The notes beneath the pieces are model-generated. The model worked only from the letters and a program-made list of their open reading frames with translations, searched no databases and was not told where the DNA came from. A stretch of 62,912 nucleotides of DNA, filler included, from Choristocarpus tenellus KU-1152 (taxonomy: Eukaryota > Protista > Phaeophyceae), in NCBI GenBank assembly GCA_964200185.2. It is 10 parts of 10 records of this genome, joined end to end, with 100 filler letters (N's around TTAATTAATTAA, not from the genome) between each part and the next. Parts side by side here need not be neighbours in the genome. Positions count along the whole stretch, not along the records: positions 1 to 9,529 come from CAXNAD020003602.1; positions 9,630 to 15,849 come from CAXNAD020008652.1; 8 more parts are not named here. One strand, given 5' to 3'. Below, piece after piece: positions 1 through 11,866 of the stretch (positions are counted from its first letter, which is position 1; each line of letters begins with the position of its first letter). Made by a program: the position numbers and the translations under genes.

Positions 1-25
1 GGGTGTGGCGAGGGGGGGTTGAGGG

Positions 26-57
<32 letters not shown>

Positions 58-1436
58 ATGGGGGGGGGGTGGGGATAAAGGGTTGAGTTTGTTTCTTTTG
101 AGGGAAGAGGGTGAGTTGCTGTTGACTGGATGACCTTTATTGTTCCTCCTTGTGGTAGCATGTTGTTTTCTTACCTTGAAGTGGAAATGATAATGATGTT
201 GTGAGGAGGGCAGTGGCATGGATTGGTGGGTAGGATATCTGGGGCCCTGGGGCCCTGCCCTTTGCACGATTGGGGTGGGGAGGAGTTGTGGGTTTACTGT
301 AGAGGGGTTAGGTGTCGAAATGCTGTTTTTATCTTGTTAAAGGGCAAGATCTCAATTGATGAGTGGAAGAGAAACACACACAAGGACTACTGTTCTAATA
401 TTCATGAAACATATAACTACTGTCCTTCACTGCCTTGAGCTTTTTATCTTTGGGGAGAATCTTCTTGCCTTACATCTATCTTGGGCTGCTTTGGTTCTAT
501 CCTTGGAATAATTCTTTGTTTCTATTCTTGGAATGAATCTTTGCGGTTGGTACCTACTTGCTTCTAGTTTGAATACAAAATTGACTTGGATCATTATTTT
601 TGATATGTACCATCTTGCCCTTTAGACTTCGCCAAGAATCTTGTATGTGCGACTCCTGAGATGGTAATGAATGAATACATTAATCCGTTGCAACATATGT
701 GTTATCAACAAGAAAGTGTTTGATTAATAAACCCTAAGCTATGTGGCACAAAGTCTGATAATGATCGCTGTGATGCCAGAAATCAACAAAATCTACAAAA
801 TTGGACATGTATCAGAAGATACGATCACCATTGACTTTAATTTAATCTTCATGCGAAACCTAGCACATGCATTTTTTGTTTTTTGTCATTAGGCCTTATT
901 TCTTAGCTAACAGTAGTAGCTGTCAGTATCACGTTTTTCAAGTCTACACAAAGCAACTAAAGGAACTTCTGCACGCGGTCAGGGCGGACTGATCCTGCCG
1001 AGAGAGGTTAGGTCAACTCCGTAGCATATTCTTACGTGGTTTGTGTTTTTTTCCAGACGACGAGATGGGGACCTTTTATGTGTTTTTCTTATTATACGAA
1101 GTAGTCCGTACCCCCTGCAATTGATTTTCGACTTGGTCTTTTACAACCGTTGTTTGAGGACGGGATACAGACAGGCAGAGCACATATTTCTATCCGACAG
1201 GCTGCAGACAGGCAGTTTGTCATTTTTGGCGTGGATGCGCGGTGATTGTTAATTAGGATCACGGTACCTTTTTGTTGTTGACGGAAGCGAAGGAAAGAGG
1301 GAGATGAATTGACTGCAATTACCAATCATCACCGAGCGCACAGTTCAAGGCACATTTTATTTTTACCCAGCTCGAATGGTTCTGAAGACACCACGCCTTC
1401 CGTGGCCACTCTTGTTGCGTCATCATCTATGTAATT

Positions 1437-1712
1437 GAGTCGAAATGAACGAGAGTTACCCAGATTTGCATATATTATTGAAGGATGCCGACAAACGTGT
1501 GCAAACTTTTTTTAATTTTTTTTACAAATAATGCTTGTAGAATGTTTTCTGAAATGTATCGAGATTTTTCGAACAATAGAGAATCAACTTTCTCAAGTCA
1601 AACTTTATCACTTCATCATCCATAGAAATATGGGTGAATTGCGAAAGGTTAAAGAAATTGGCTTAAACTGCGAAACGGTCAAAACCTGGGTACCTCTCGT
1701 TTACTTAGGATC
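1437..1712. mobile_element. MITE type B (termini GAGYCAAAGTAAACGAGAG-like), TSD ATT/ATT
   Basis: Imperfect TIRs with ATT on both sides. Inverted homolog of 2906-3166. Confidence 0.75.
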
Positions 1713-2066
1713 ATTGATATTATGTTCTCTTCTAATTTCTATCATTTGTGGTACATGTTCTCGTGTCTTGATATGTTTTAAACCTGATCATATGAATGTG
1801 ACTTACGATTACGAATGGATTCTGTCCATTATTATTAGGGTGGAGTAGGGTATGGCGTATCATAAGTTTGTGTGTTGTGGAGTTGTGTGTGGGTAGCAGT
1901 TGATTGGACTTCATTGAACACACTGTACTTCACGAGCAAACTTCCAAACGCAAGTAAAGAGTAGAAAACAAATGCCGTAGTAGCATCGAAGTGCGTAGTC
2001 AACGCATGCGCAATTTTTCACGTGGACTCTGATGTGGGTAGCAGTTGATTGGACGTAGCAAAAAAA

Positions 2067-2104
2067 TATTATTATTATTATTATTATTATATTATTATTA
2101 TTAT
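2067..2104. repeat. (TAT)n microsatellite
   Basis: Directly visible. Other SSRs: (TAG)n ~18004-18030, (GT)n 18395-18429 and 29626-29649. Confidence 0.9.
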
Positions 2105-2831
2105 GCTCGAAGAGTACACTACTTTTTTTTATCAAGTAGAAGAGAGAGAGGGGATAATTATGTATCTGGCAGCAGCAGTTTATAATATACATATATACCT
2201 CCTACATGGCAATCGCATACCCTTGCATTTTAAACGGTATGAGAAAATAAGAACTATTTGTGAATCAACAATAATAGCAGCTACTATAGAAGGAGGTGAT
2301 GGGCCTGACAATAATAGTACCTACGACTATCCTAGATATTATCATTCACTTCTTAACAACCCACACTGATGATTATATCTCTTCTAGTTGCACAACTACT
2401 ACCATCTCATTTACTCCAGAGAAGTAATTCAGCAAGAAGCTTCTATATTATTAGTCCTCTTGTGAACTGTAGCGTTCAAGGCAATTACATACTCCAATTC
2501 AAAAATAAAGAACACTTTAATTATTTCTCTCTGACGTGCGTGCGCACTGTGCGCTGTGGATTCGCACCCTCAAGGCACGATTCATTTTTTTTTTAGAATC
2601 AAGCACTTAGAGTTTTTTTTAGTTGATTTATGGGCTAAACTCACTCTACTCATAATGAAAGCATTCAATTTACAACATCAATAAAATAACATACACATTG
2701 GATGGACAATGATAGAGGTAGGGCTTTTCTCATCTGTCTTGAGAGTGAAAAAAGTGTCTCCATTCGATGACTGAGGCCATCTATGAGGGGTATGTCATTG
2801 AGCTTTGAAAGAACCCCTATGACTTCCTTAT

Positions 2832-3353
2832 GAGCAAAATCAACTGAGAGGTGGGCAGGTTTGAACCTTATTGCATTCTAAGCCATCTTTCTTACCCTGT
2901 GCAATGAGCCATAGCAAACGAGAGGTGCACAGTTCTTGGTCATTTTACATTTTAACCCAGTTGTTCAATCTGTTGCAATTCACCCATATTTCTATGGATG
3001 AAGTACTAAGTTTGATTTGAGAGGGTTGATTTTTCTATTGTTTCAAAGTTTTCAACACAATTCGAAAATGTCCTTTACACATTTGTAAAAAGAGTCAAAT
3101 TTCGTCCATTTTTTGCTGGCATCCTTAAAATGCAACACTGGGTACACCTCTCCTTTACTTTGACTCAACAGATTCTATTTCATTGCTTTATGCGCACAAT
3201 AGTGTATGCAAAATTGATATTCCACCTTTTGACACACAAACTGAAACCACAGTCCTGCAAAGTCTCTTACTACAATTTACAGAACAGTGTCTTTTTGCCC
3301 TTTCTTGGGATCCTTAAAATGCAACCCTGTCTACCTCTCAGTTGGTTTGACTC
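2832..3353. mobile_element. MITE type A containing nested MITE type B (2906-3166)
   Basis: Outer TIRs are GAGCAAAATCAACTGAGAGGT / ACCTCTCAGTTGGTTTGACTC. The inner element is flanked by AAT/AAC. An uninterrupted type A copy lies at 17553-17810. Confidence 0.75.
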
Positions 3354-5000
3354 AGTGGTTTATGTGTATATGCAGTGTGTTTTGAGCACTGTGCAGTTGG
3401 TTGTGGAGGATGCTTTTCAACTAATTATGCCTCCACAAAGCTATCTTCTCTTCAACATGCGCACATCAGACCTCCTATAGTAAGGGGGGTAGCTGAATTT
3501 CATCCACAGGCATGATCAATTTTAGCGTTACTTACGCCTATAGCATTTTCTTTGTGTTATTATATACTACGTACATAGTGTTATTACTATGTTTGGTGTC
3601 TCTTGTTTGGGTTCCTTTGCATTAAACATGTGCGGGTAAACCATGAGGAGTTGACAGTGGTAGCACTACAATATAATTCTGTAGCATTTTCAATTTGGAA
3701 CACCATACGTTGTACGAATTGATGAAAACAACCTTTTCAAAAATCCTCCTCAGTCTGCATGTGTCATCCTATATTTTGTGTGTTTCACCTACTTTTGTCC
3801 AAAATACATCAAAACTCGAACAAACTACACCAAGAAACTCCAATTTTTGCAAACAAAATCGTGCTCCAGATTGCATACATTCTTGCTTTCATGGCCAGAC
3901 CAGGTATGATATACTATACAATAGCATTCATCTTGGCGGTAGTGCACTCACTGTATCAATATTGACACAAAAGTTATTCACAACGTACATAGTAATCAAC
4001 TGATGAAGACATTCAAGAACATTGGGTTCAAGTATAAAGATTGGACAGCAGGAGGAGGAAATGATATCCGCCCAGTACATTTTAGTGAAGTGCATCTTAA
4101 CATAGGACTTGACTACAATATTTTTTTGTAGCATCGATGAATATGATGAGTAGCTGAAAGTTCGTAGGAGGACTGTTGAAGGAATGAAATGTAGACATCT
4201 CAAGCACTTGCAGCTGTGTCCCCTACTTGCAGCTGTGTCCCCTATCTCAGTAAGTGCATAGATACGATCAGTCAGCAAATATTCCTGTGAAACTGTAACT
4301 GTAAAATATGATGTGATGCTACATTTTAGGAAAGGGGCATGTAAAGGTCAGTTCTCAAGGACAAAAACCATTGGCAAACGCTACCTCTCCAACCTCTACT
4401 TCTCATACTGCACATGAAAACGCACCCTGCCAAGAGAAAATAAACTATGTTTCCATCAACATGTCAACACAAAATAAACGACCCTCTCTATCCTATGGGG
4501 AGGACATACACAAGCGCACACACCCCTCCCCCTCTCCCCACAACACCCCAAACACACACTAAATCTTGTCCTTCACACCATAGGACAAGTGTTCGTGTGT
4601 TCCTCTTGGTTGACCCCTTCACAGCAGCAAACTCACAGTTACCAATAATACTGCACACTAGAGCCCTTGCTCCCCCACCCCTACCAACAAAAGTGCCTCT
4701 TCCAGTCTCAACCCCGAGCAGTTGCTCCAGAGGTTACAAAAGACTCAACAAGCCTTGCCAGCATTTAGATTCTTCCTCCCTCTTTGCAGGCAAGCAATCC
4801 AACCAGGAAATTCCTATTGTAGATATCCCACCCACCACAATACTGGCATGAAAGCGAAGGGGGGGGGCAGAGGGCAAACTCTGCAAACGTGCTGTGCAAG
4901 CAGACGTGACTCAGAGTAGTACACAACATCTTTTATCATTTACCATGACGCATCAGGAAGAAATCAGCGGTCTACATCAGTGAAAAGCCTCGGAGGGTTT

Positions 5001-7831
5001 TTACAGCTGGCCAAGCACGGTCTCGCCACTGGAGATGTCTGAAAAGTTTGTCTTCTCCTCCAAGTTGAGCTTGGTCACAACCCCATCATCCACCTATGTA
5101 GTGTGTACAGAACACAAGCATTCAAGTAGACATAACCATAAACGAGTTGGGAGGGGAGAGGGTCATCAGCTCAGGTCAGATCATTAAGAAGGGAGTAGTG
5201 ACGTATGAACTAGGGCAGGGTTCAGATGGTGGTCAGTTCAGCCTCTACACCTCCCCTCTTCAAAACGAGAAAACTGCTTCCACAATGGATCAACTCACTG
5301 CAGGCACAAAAAACTGCAAGTTTAGTTAAAAAATCTGTCACGCCTTCTGCCCTACACTTCCCTGTACTCTACTAACTACGAGCACACATCCAACAAACAT
5401 CAAAAAAAATTATCACCACAGCAGAAAGAACAAATTCAAAACATGATTTTATCCATTTTTATTTATTTGGCCATCCCCAGTTAGTTTCCACGCACACAAA
5501 CGTATTCAACATATGCTCATCATAGAGTGAGAGGCTCACCACCATGGACATCCTGTTGAGGCGGACTCCTCCAAAATTTCCAGTGTCCACAGCTAGGCCT
5601 GTAGCCCGTGCAAACGCCCCTCCACCATCGGAGAGCATGGTAACCTTGTCGGCTGCGTCAAGGGACTTGATCCAGCTCCCCATCACAAAGGCATCGTTCA
5701 CTGCCACGCATGCCACAGTGTCAACACCCTTCCCCTGCATTGTTCACAGGGATCAAAAATCTGTCCTTTACTAGTGATGCATACACGCCCCTGTTGTCAT
5801 TTCTTACCGTCCACGTATGTGTGTGTGTCCCCACTACAGCAACCTAAAGGGTAGGGCAAGCGGATAGGGGGAGGGGGGGGGGGATGCTGCAAGGAACAAC
5901 GAACCTTCACTGTCAACAGTACAATGCACTTTGGCGATGTGAGTGATGCCTGACTTATCTATATCCCCAGGTAGTTAAAAAGGATGAGCATTACAGGATT
6001 AATAATACAAGCTGAGCTCTGACATTATTGTAAGGGGGCGAACAGATTTTTTTAACTGCTACATTTTACTTTCAACCAGCAACTCACCATTTGACAGTTT
6101 CCATACATCCTAAGGAAAAACATTAGCACAAATAATGTGCATGGGTATAAGTATTCCAGATCAAAGGCTTGCTTCTCACATTCCTACTTATCACCACTGT
6201 GTATGCCTCTTCCCACCTCATTTTTTCCAAAAAGGGGAAAAATTGACCCCCCCCCTCCTCAATGTTTTTACTTGCAAGTGCCACTGTCACCAAATGTTTT
6301 TGCATTTACGGCAGTTTAATTTGAAACGTACATTAAAATCTACCCCTCTTGACATCTTTACCTGCAAGAGCATATTTCCTTATCTCACATCTCAATCAAC
6401 TAAGCAAGATACACCATAAGTTACACCATGCAGCAACTGATCAGTCTTCTTCATTCGTACAGAAGTGACATATAGTCAAGCAAAAGTAACATGTGGGACA
6501 GAGAAGTGACCATAACCTGCCTTGAATGCATCGACATTGTTGATGAAAGAGGGCAGGTGACCATCATTGCATGTTGGTGTGAATGCTCCGGGTACACCAC
6601 AGATCACCACCTTCTTGCCAGCAAAAAGCTCTGATGCACCCATGTCCTTCCATGTTTCAACAGCAATGCAGGCAGCAAAGCAGGCGAAAAGGCCAGGGGA
6701 CGTTTCACGCGGGAGGCATAGTGCGGTTGTTTTAGGTGGAATGTCGTTTCAACAATAATGCACACAGGAGCCTGGAACTACACCAACGTGGCAAGGCAGT
6801 CTCAGTCAATATACATATTTCGATGGGGAATCCTTCGTAATAGGGGAATAAAATCGAAAACTTTGTATTTCACCAAAAATGGAATATTCCTCTTGGTAGG
6901 GCGAAATTTTACTGCGAGGGAGTAAGGGATATTTGCTCCCTCCCTGAGTCAGAAAAGGACAGATACCGCAACCACAGCTTACAGTGGGCTTGCCATCCAC
7001 CAAGGTTTGGAAGGTGGTATCCATGGGGAGCTTGTCACCCTCCTTGAGCGTCATGGCCAACCTGCCAAAGAGAACGGGATGGATGGAGTAGGGATATTAA
7101 AGCTGGACAGACAAATCGATGTTGACAAAAAAGGAGGGGAACAGAGGTATCTCTACAACATAATAGGGCAAATCTTGTGGATTTGGCAGGTCAAGTTATC
7201 CATCAAGGTAAAGAGAGGTCGGCTTAAGGTGCGTTCTGCCTGTACAGTACACAATGGACACAAAAGAATGAACATGTGGTTCGCGCTACCCCAAAAGTGG
7301 CAATCTGCGTATTTTGCACACGCGGCTACATTATTGATCTTGCCTGCTAGTTGAGTGCATTGCACGTACACCTACAGCCTGCCCAGAAAGAAGGCGCCAA
7401 GCAGACATACAAGGGGGAAAATGTGGTCGGAGCGGGATGATGTTAGGTATGGCAGCGTGACCGTAGCTATTTGAGGGAATAGGAGGGCAACAAATACGAG
7501 CGAGGGCGGAAGGAGGCTTGCATAATCATTTCCTCCCCGATCACGTAACATTAGCACTATGCTACATATCCATCTATATTTATGCACCCGGTCATAATTG
7601 ACCTTGAATATTACCAGCTCTTTGCCACCTCTGTATTACCTGGTGCGTGCATGCTCGTAATCGTTCTTCAGAGGCAACCAATCTAGAATATACGTTGATC
7701 AAAATTCCAACGAGATACAGTGGAGACTAAGCGTCACTCACCCGACTAGAGAGTGGTGCGATGAAGGCCTGCACCCCACCGAAAGCCAGGGATGCTCCCC
7801 CAACAAAGCGAGCGATCGTTGCCATCTTCAT
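5001..7831 (-). CDS. PRDX5: PRX5/type II peroxiredoxin with bipartite plastid-targeting presequence (6 exons)
   Basis: Hand-spliced exons are 7831-7742, 7378-7344, 7061-6983, 6646-6521, 5734-5540 and 5093-5001, all phase-compatible. Translation: MKMATIARFVGGASLAFGGVQA-FIAPLSSR AVGVRAMHSTSR LAMTLKEGDKLP...LFAGKKVVICGVPGAFTPTCNDGHLPSF...KGVDTVACVAVNDAFVMGSW...LSDGGG...RMSMVVDDGVVTKLNLEE...LGQL*. The PGAFTPTC peroxidatic-Cys motif and VNDAFVM are PRX5 hallmarks. Exon 2 is the least certain. Confidence 0.95.
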
Positions 7832-8131
7832 GCTACACGGTGGAGGAAGGGCGAAAATATATCTTACTGGAGAAGCGTAACGTGATACGAGGCGACACAG
7901 CGGACCTAATGCTGCTGTTGAGGGTAGGGGTGTCTGAGAGCTTGGACAAACGTGGCGTTTGAAAGTTGTCCAGTATGGAAGGGATAGAGTGCAGGAAAAG
8001 GTGGAAGTTCACCTATAAGAAAATAAGAAAAAAATCGTGAACACCTTACAACCCACGAAACGGTAATCCTGAGTTACGATTCGGTTAGAACTGTCGATCA
8101 ATCAACATAACATCACTTCTACTGCAACACA

Positions 8132-9310
8132 ATGTTCAGAGGGGTAGGTAGTAGGCAGACGCTAGTCATGGCAAGGAGCCAGTCAGTGGCATGGGTGAAA
8201 CCAGTCCAGGCAAAGAGTGCCACCTGCTCGAGGGGAGTGACCGAGGGTCGAGGAGGACGGAAAAATGATGTGCGGTTCGGGAATAAGGAGGGGGGAGGCA
8301 TACATTTTGGTTCAGAAGAAAGGTTTTTGTGGCAAAAACCCAGGTATGCATCCGACGCGATGTACAATGTGCAATCCGGGCTATCCGAAAGACCCTTCAG
8401 TTTCGGAGTGAGCACTCGAGACGATTGGAGAAAGATCATGGAGAACACGAAGGACCTTCACAATCCTAATGGTGAGAAGGTACTTGACGATTGATGCTTC
8501 TGGAAAGTCCACTGAGAGTCCCAACAAATATTATTTCAGAAATAAGAAAGCACGACTCATTAGTTACAAATTTATAGCTTCTCGCGTTGAAGAGTGAGGC
8601 TAGTACTCATGCGTACCCTCTGATAGAAGTCCCAACGGTATCACCAGCGCTTTGCGACTAATGCACCCTCAGCTGGGTGTGGAAAAGTGCAACGTTGTGA
8701 TAATACTGTCTGTGTATTTATATTGCACCCTTGTTCCACAACTTACTTTTGAACTTTTGTTAGACTGTACATTAGTTGCTTTCAAACCCGAGGGGTATAA
8801 TTGATACTCTTATTTGAGTTTATTGTTTGAAAACTGAAAGGAAATGGATCAAAAGAGGTCCCCAAGTGTAGGCACTTGGTTTGCAGTTGCTTGTCCGACA
8901 AGCGTACATATGAGGCCACGTAGTATCCTCTCGAACGCCAAACATCTTTATCTGATACCTAACCTATCATGATGGTATTTGAACCGTGTGCCCTTAGTGT
9001 CACCTTGCTTCCATAACCATAATGCTCATGCATGGGAAGAGCAGAGAAGATTCTTGTTGCTCCACTCATTTGAAACATATGACTAAATTTAAATTGGGAA
9101 CTACTTCTTCGCTAGCAGAACAAGGACAAGACACTCGGTCTTCAGATATTTGCGTATCTTTGAAGCTTAAACTTAGATGGTGAAACTCTTCATCCTGGTT
9201 GATTCCTCACTTATACTACTCATCTCTCTCATCTCCCTCTTCAGCGGGCCCAGGGAACTATAGGGTGGGCAATGAGCACAAGGTACTTTCTGAGAGTCCA
9301 AGCAGGAGAG
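8132..9310 (+). CDS. SHIPPO/sperm-tail PG-rich repeat (ODF3/STPG-like) protein, 5' part; truncated by contig end
   Basis: Exon 8132-8471 (donor G|GTGAGA) joins exon 9245-~9310 (acceptor ctcttcag) in phase 1 to give ...NPNAGPGNYRV.... A GPGxY motif plus FGSEERF and FSFGVSTR segments are typical of this axonemal repeat family. Confidence 0.6.
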
Positions 9311-9529
9311 GTTAGTATCCGGTTGGTTGGCTTTACTTCACTACCTGCACTAGCAACAACATGTCCCTCAAGTAATAGAGAAATATGCCGATCCTACTGA
9401 GTTCATTGCAGCAAGCTAAGCCCATCTCACGTCTCACAGTAGTGTACAGGTGCGAATGGGGCACCCTTGCACATGCCATACATGACAGACTCAAAGTATC
9501 TTGGTGGGGGGGGGGGTCTACACCAGGGT

Positions 9530-9629
9530 NNNNNNNNNNNNNNNNNNNNNNNNNNNNNNNNNNNNNNNNNNNNTTAATTAATTAANNNNNNNNNNNNNNN
9601 NNNNNNNNNNNNNNNNNNNNNNNNNNNNN
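9530..9629. other. Artificial contig linker N44-TTAATTAATTAA-N44 (first of nine)
   Basis: The identical 100-bp six-frame-stop spacer also occurs at 15850-15949, 20617-20716, 25829-25928, 32691-32790, 37566-37665, 42723-42822, 48899-48998 and 56608-56707. A separate 10-N gap lies at 30428-30437. Confidence 0.99.
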
Positions 9630-9720
9630 AGATTGATAAGGTAAGTGCCCTTTTCCTGGTCAAACCCAAAAGGGACCCCCTGGTGTAGCCCCCCCCCCCC
9701 CCTCCCAGATACTTTGAGCC

Positions 9721-11405
9721 CCATATAACTCTTTGCTGTACTTCTTGAAGCACCCCCATAGCTTTTGGATACAAAGTTGGATCCCGGTGATATAGGAAAT
9801 GAGTGAACTTCCGAGATAGATAAACTCAGTAATTTCCTGATACCATTGTCCTCCAGTCTCGATTTGTATTTTGAGTGCTGGCCTGTTAGTGACCCGCAGG
9901 CATATGGTCTCCATCTTCTTCTCTAGGAAAAGTCAGTCCAAATGCCTCATACTGTGATAATGACGGTCATTATTTTGTCCAAACTCTCTTGCTGTCCTCC
10001 CCCCAGTCTAAAGGCGTAATCTCTCCTTAGCTCGATTGATGTAAACAAAATATTTTGTAAGGATACCCTCTTGGTGCTGAACCATTGTAGTACAATGGTA
10101 AGCACTACAGTAAAGAAGAAATCAAACAGCAACAAGGTTAGAACACACCCTTGACGAAGGCGTCCTTCAACATTGAACCAGTCTGAGCATCCCCTATAGC
10201 CCATTTGACACAAATCCACGTTTTAAAATGGAAATGATGAAGATTGAACTTATCTTAGCTGACTCGCCAAATTTGACCAATAGTCTCAGATAAGGACTAT
10301 ATCGACAGAGTAATACATCTTCTCCAGGTCATTGAAACACAGGTACAAAGGGACCTTCTTTTCTTGGGCAAGTTCCAGTATGGCAGGCGCCACGTACATC
10401 ATGTCAATGGTGTCTAGTTTGGAATCCGCATTGCTCCGGTAGTATGCCCTGTTGCACAACATAGGTTCCCAGGTGTAATAATGTGACATTGAGGAAAACT
10501 ATACCAGCATATGATACCAGAGAGAAACCCCTGTAGTTCTCACAATCAGCTCAATCCTTCTCCTTGTGGATGGGATTAATGGCAGCATTATTCCACTTCT
10601 GAGATACCTCTGATCGCTCCAGAGCAAGAAATAATATTTTCGAAGACCTTCAGGGAAAAGGGGGTCCTCATCAAGTCCCAGGTTTAGGAGTTCCACTGGA
10701 AGGCCATCTGGACCCACAGCCTTTTGGTTGGCCAAAGAGCACACGGCACTACTCACATCCCCAATGATAGGCTCATTAGCAAGTGGCAGGTAAGGGGGTA
10801 GTGGATAGGAAGAGTTGGGGATACTGGTGTCGAGCTTGGTCCATTGTGTATTGAATAGTGGTTGGAAATGTCTCATCCATCACTTCAGAATATTCTCTGT
10901 TTCTCGCAGCAATCTGCCCATATCATAATGAAGGAATGACGAGGCACATTATTTGCTCCCGTCCAAGTTGAAGCCTTTGAAATGTTGGTAGAAACAGGCC
11001 TAATCCCCATGCCGAAATATGTTCTTCCATATCTGAGTTGTAGGCAATAAAAAAGTCCTGCTCAGCTGAGGATCTCACTCGTTTTAAGTCTTTGTCAGTC
11101 ATCTTCAAGGCCTTTTTTAGAGTAAGGTTTTGTGGTTTGGCACGTAGTTGCACCCGGACGTCCTCCCTCCCTTTCTAAGCCTCCGAGATCCTCCCTTGAA
11201 CCTCAGGGCTGGCACACCATCCTCGAGAAACAGCCTTTTATGTTGGGGGTGGGATTAGCTCAGTTGCAGTCTCGACAATACATGAAGTGCGCATGGATGC
11301 CATGATATCAACATCCTCATTCCTCACCTCCTGAACACTAAGGAATTTCTCAACAATTGCATTTGATAGAGTTGTCCGTTGCTGAAGATCTGAGTTAAGG
11401 GTATA
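9721..11405 (-). mobile_element. Degenerate non-LTR retrotransposon (RTE-like) reverse transcriptase remnant
   Basis: Frameshifted fragments lie in the expected order: KAVGPDGLPVELL, LYLCFNDLEKMYYSVD (cf. FIDLxKAYDSV), GRLRQGCVLTLLLF (cf. GLRQGCVLAPLLF), EFIYLGS. Confidence 0.88.
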
Positions 11406-11866
11406 GTGATCTAAAAGGACCTGTCTCCTGGGTGGTCATTGCAGGACCATGTCAACGTGTCCCACCCCGAAATCGGTATTGTAGTCCCACTTTTGTTCAT
11501 TATTATTTGGTTATCCAACCCTAACAGGTTATCCAACATTTTCAACACCATGATAAAGTTATATTCACCAGTTCTTCTATTTAACTTGTTTCGATGATGT
11601 CCGTTGTCCACCACAACACTTCTCCCAAGTTGGTCTATAACATTTGTTGTGGGAGTTGTATCGACACCACTAAACGTCAAGTTTTTTGCGGACGTTACGT
11701 TGTCCAATTGAAAATGGTTTTCGTGGAAGGCATTTATCTACAAAATTTGAATTTATCTCCTTCACATCATTTTTTTGTATTCAACTCTCGTCTAAGTAGG
11801 AGATGGAGACCATTTCTATTTCGATGTCACCTTAGGTAAGACATACAGCCTGGTGAGCGATAAGAT

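Noticed and set aside
2049-2369. Poly-Tyr/poly-Ile ORFs and the 15076-15375 ORF
   Set aside because: They are products of micro- and minisatellites.
9574-9585. Recurrent TTAATTAATTAA palindrome
   Set aside because: It is always centred in a 100-bp N block, so it is an artificial six-frame-stop linker and not biology.
11411-11815. 98-aa minus-strand ORF / possible TIR element with TTRTCCA repeats
   Set aside because: The protein is not recognisable, the terminal inverted match is too poor, and there is no second copy in the window.
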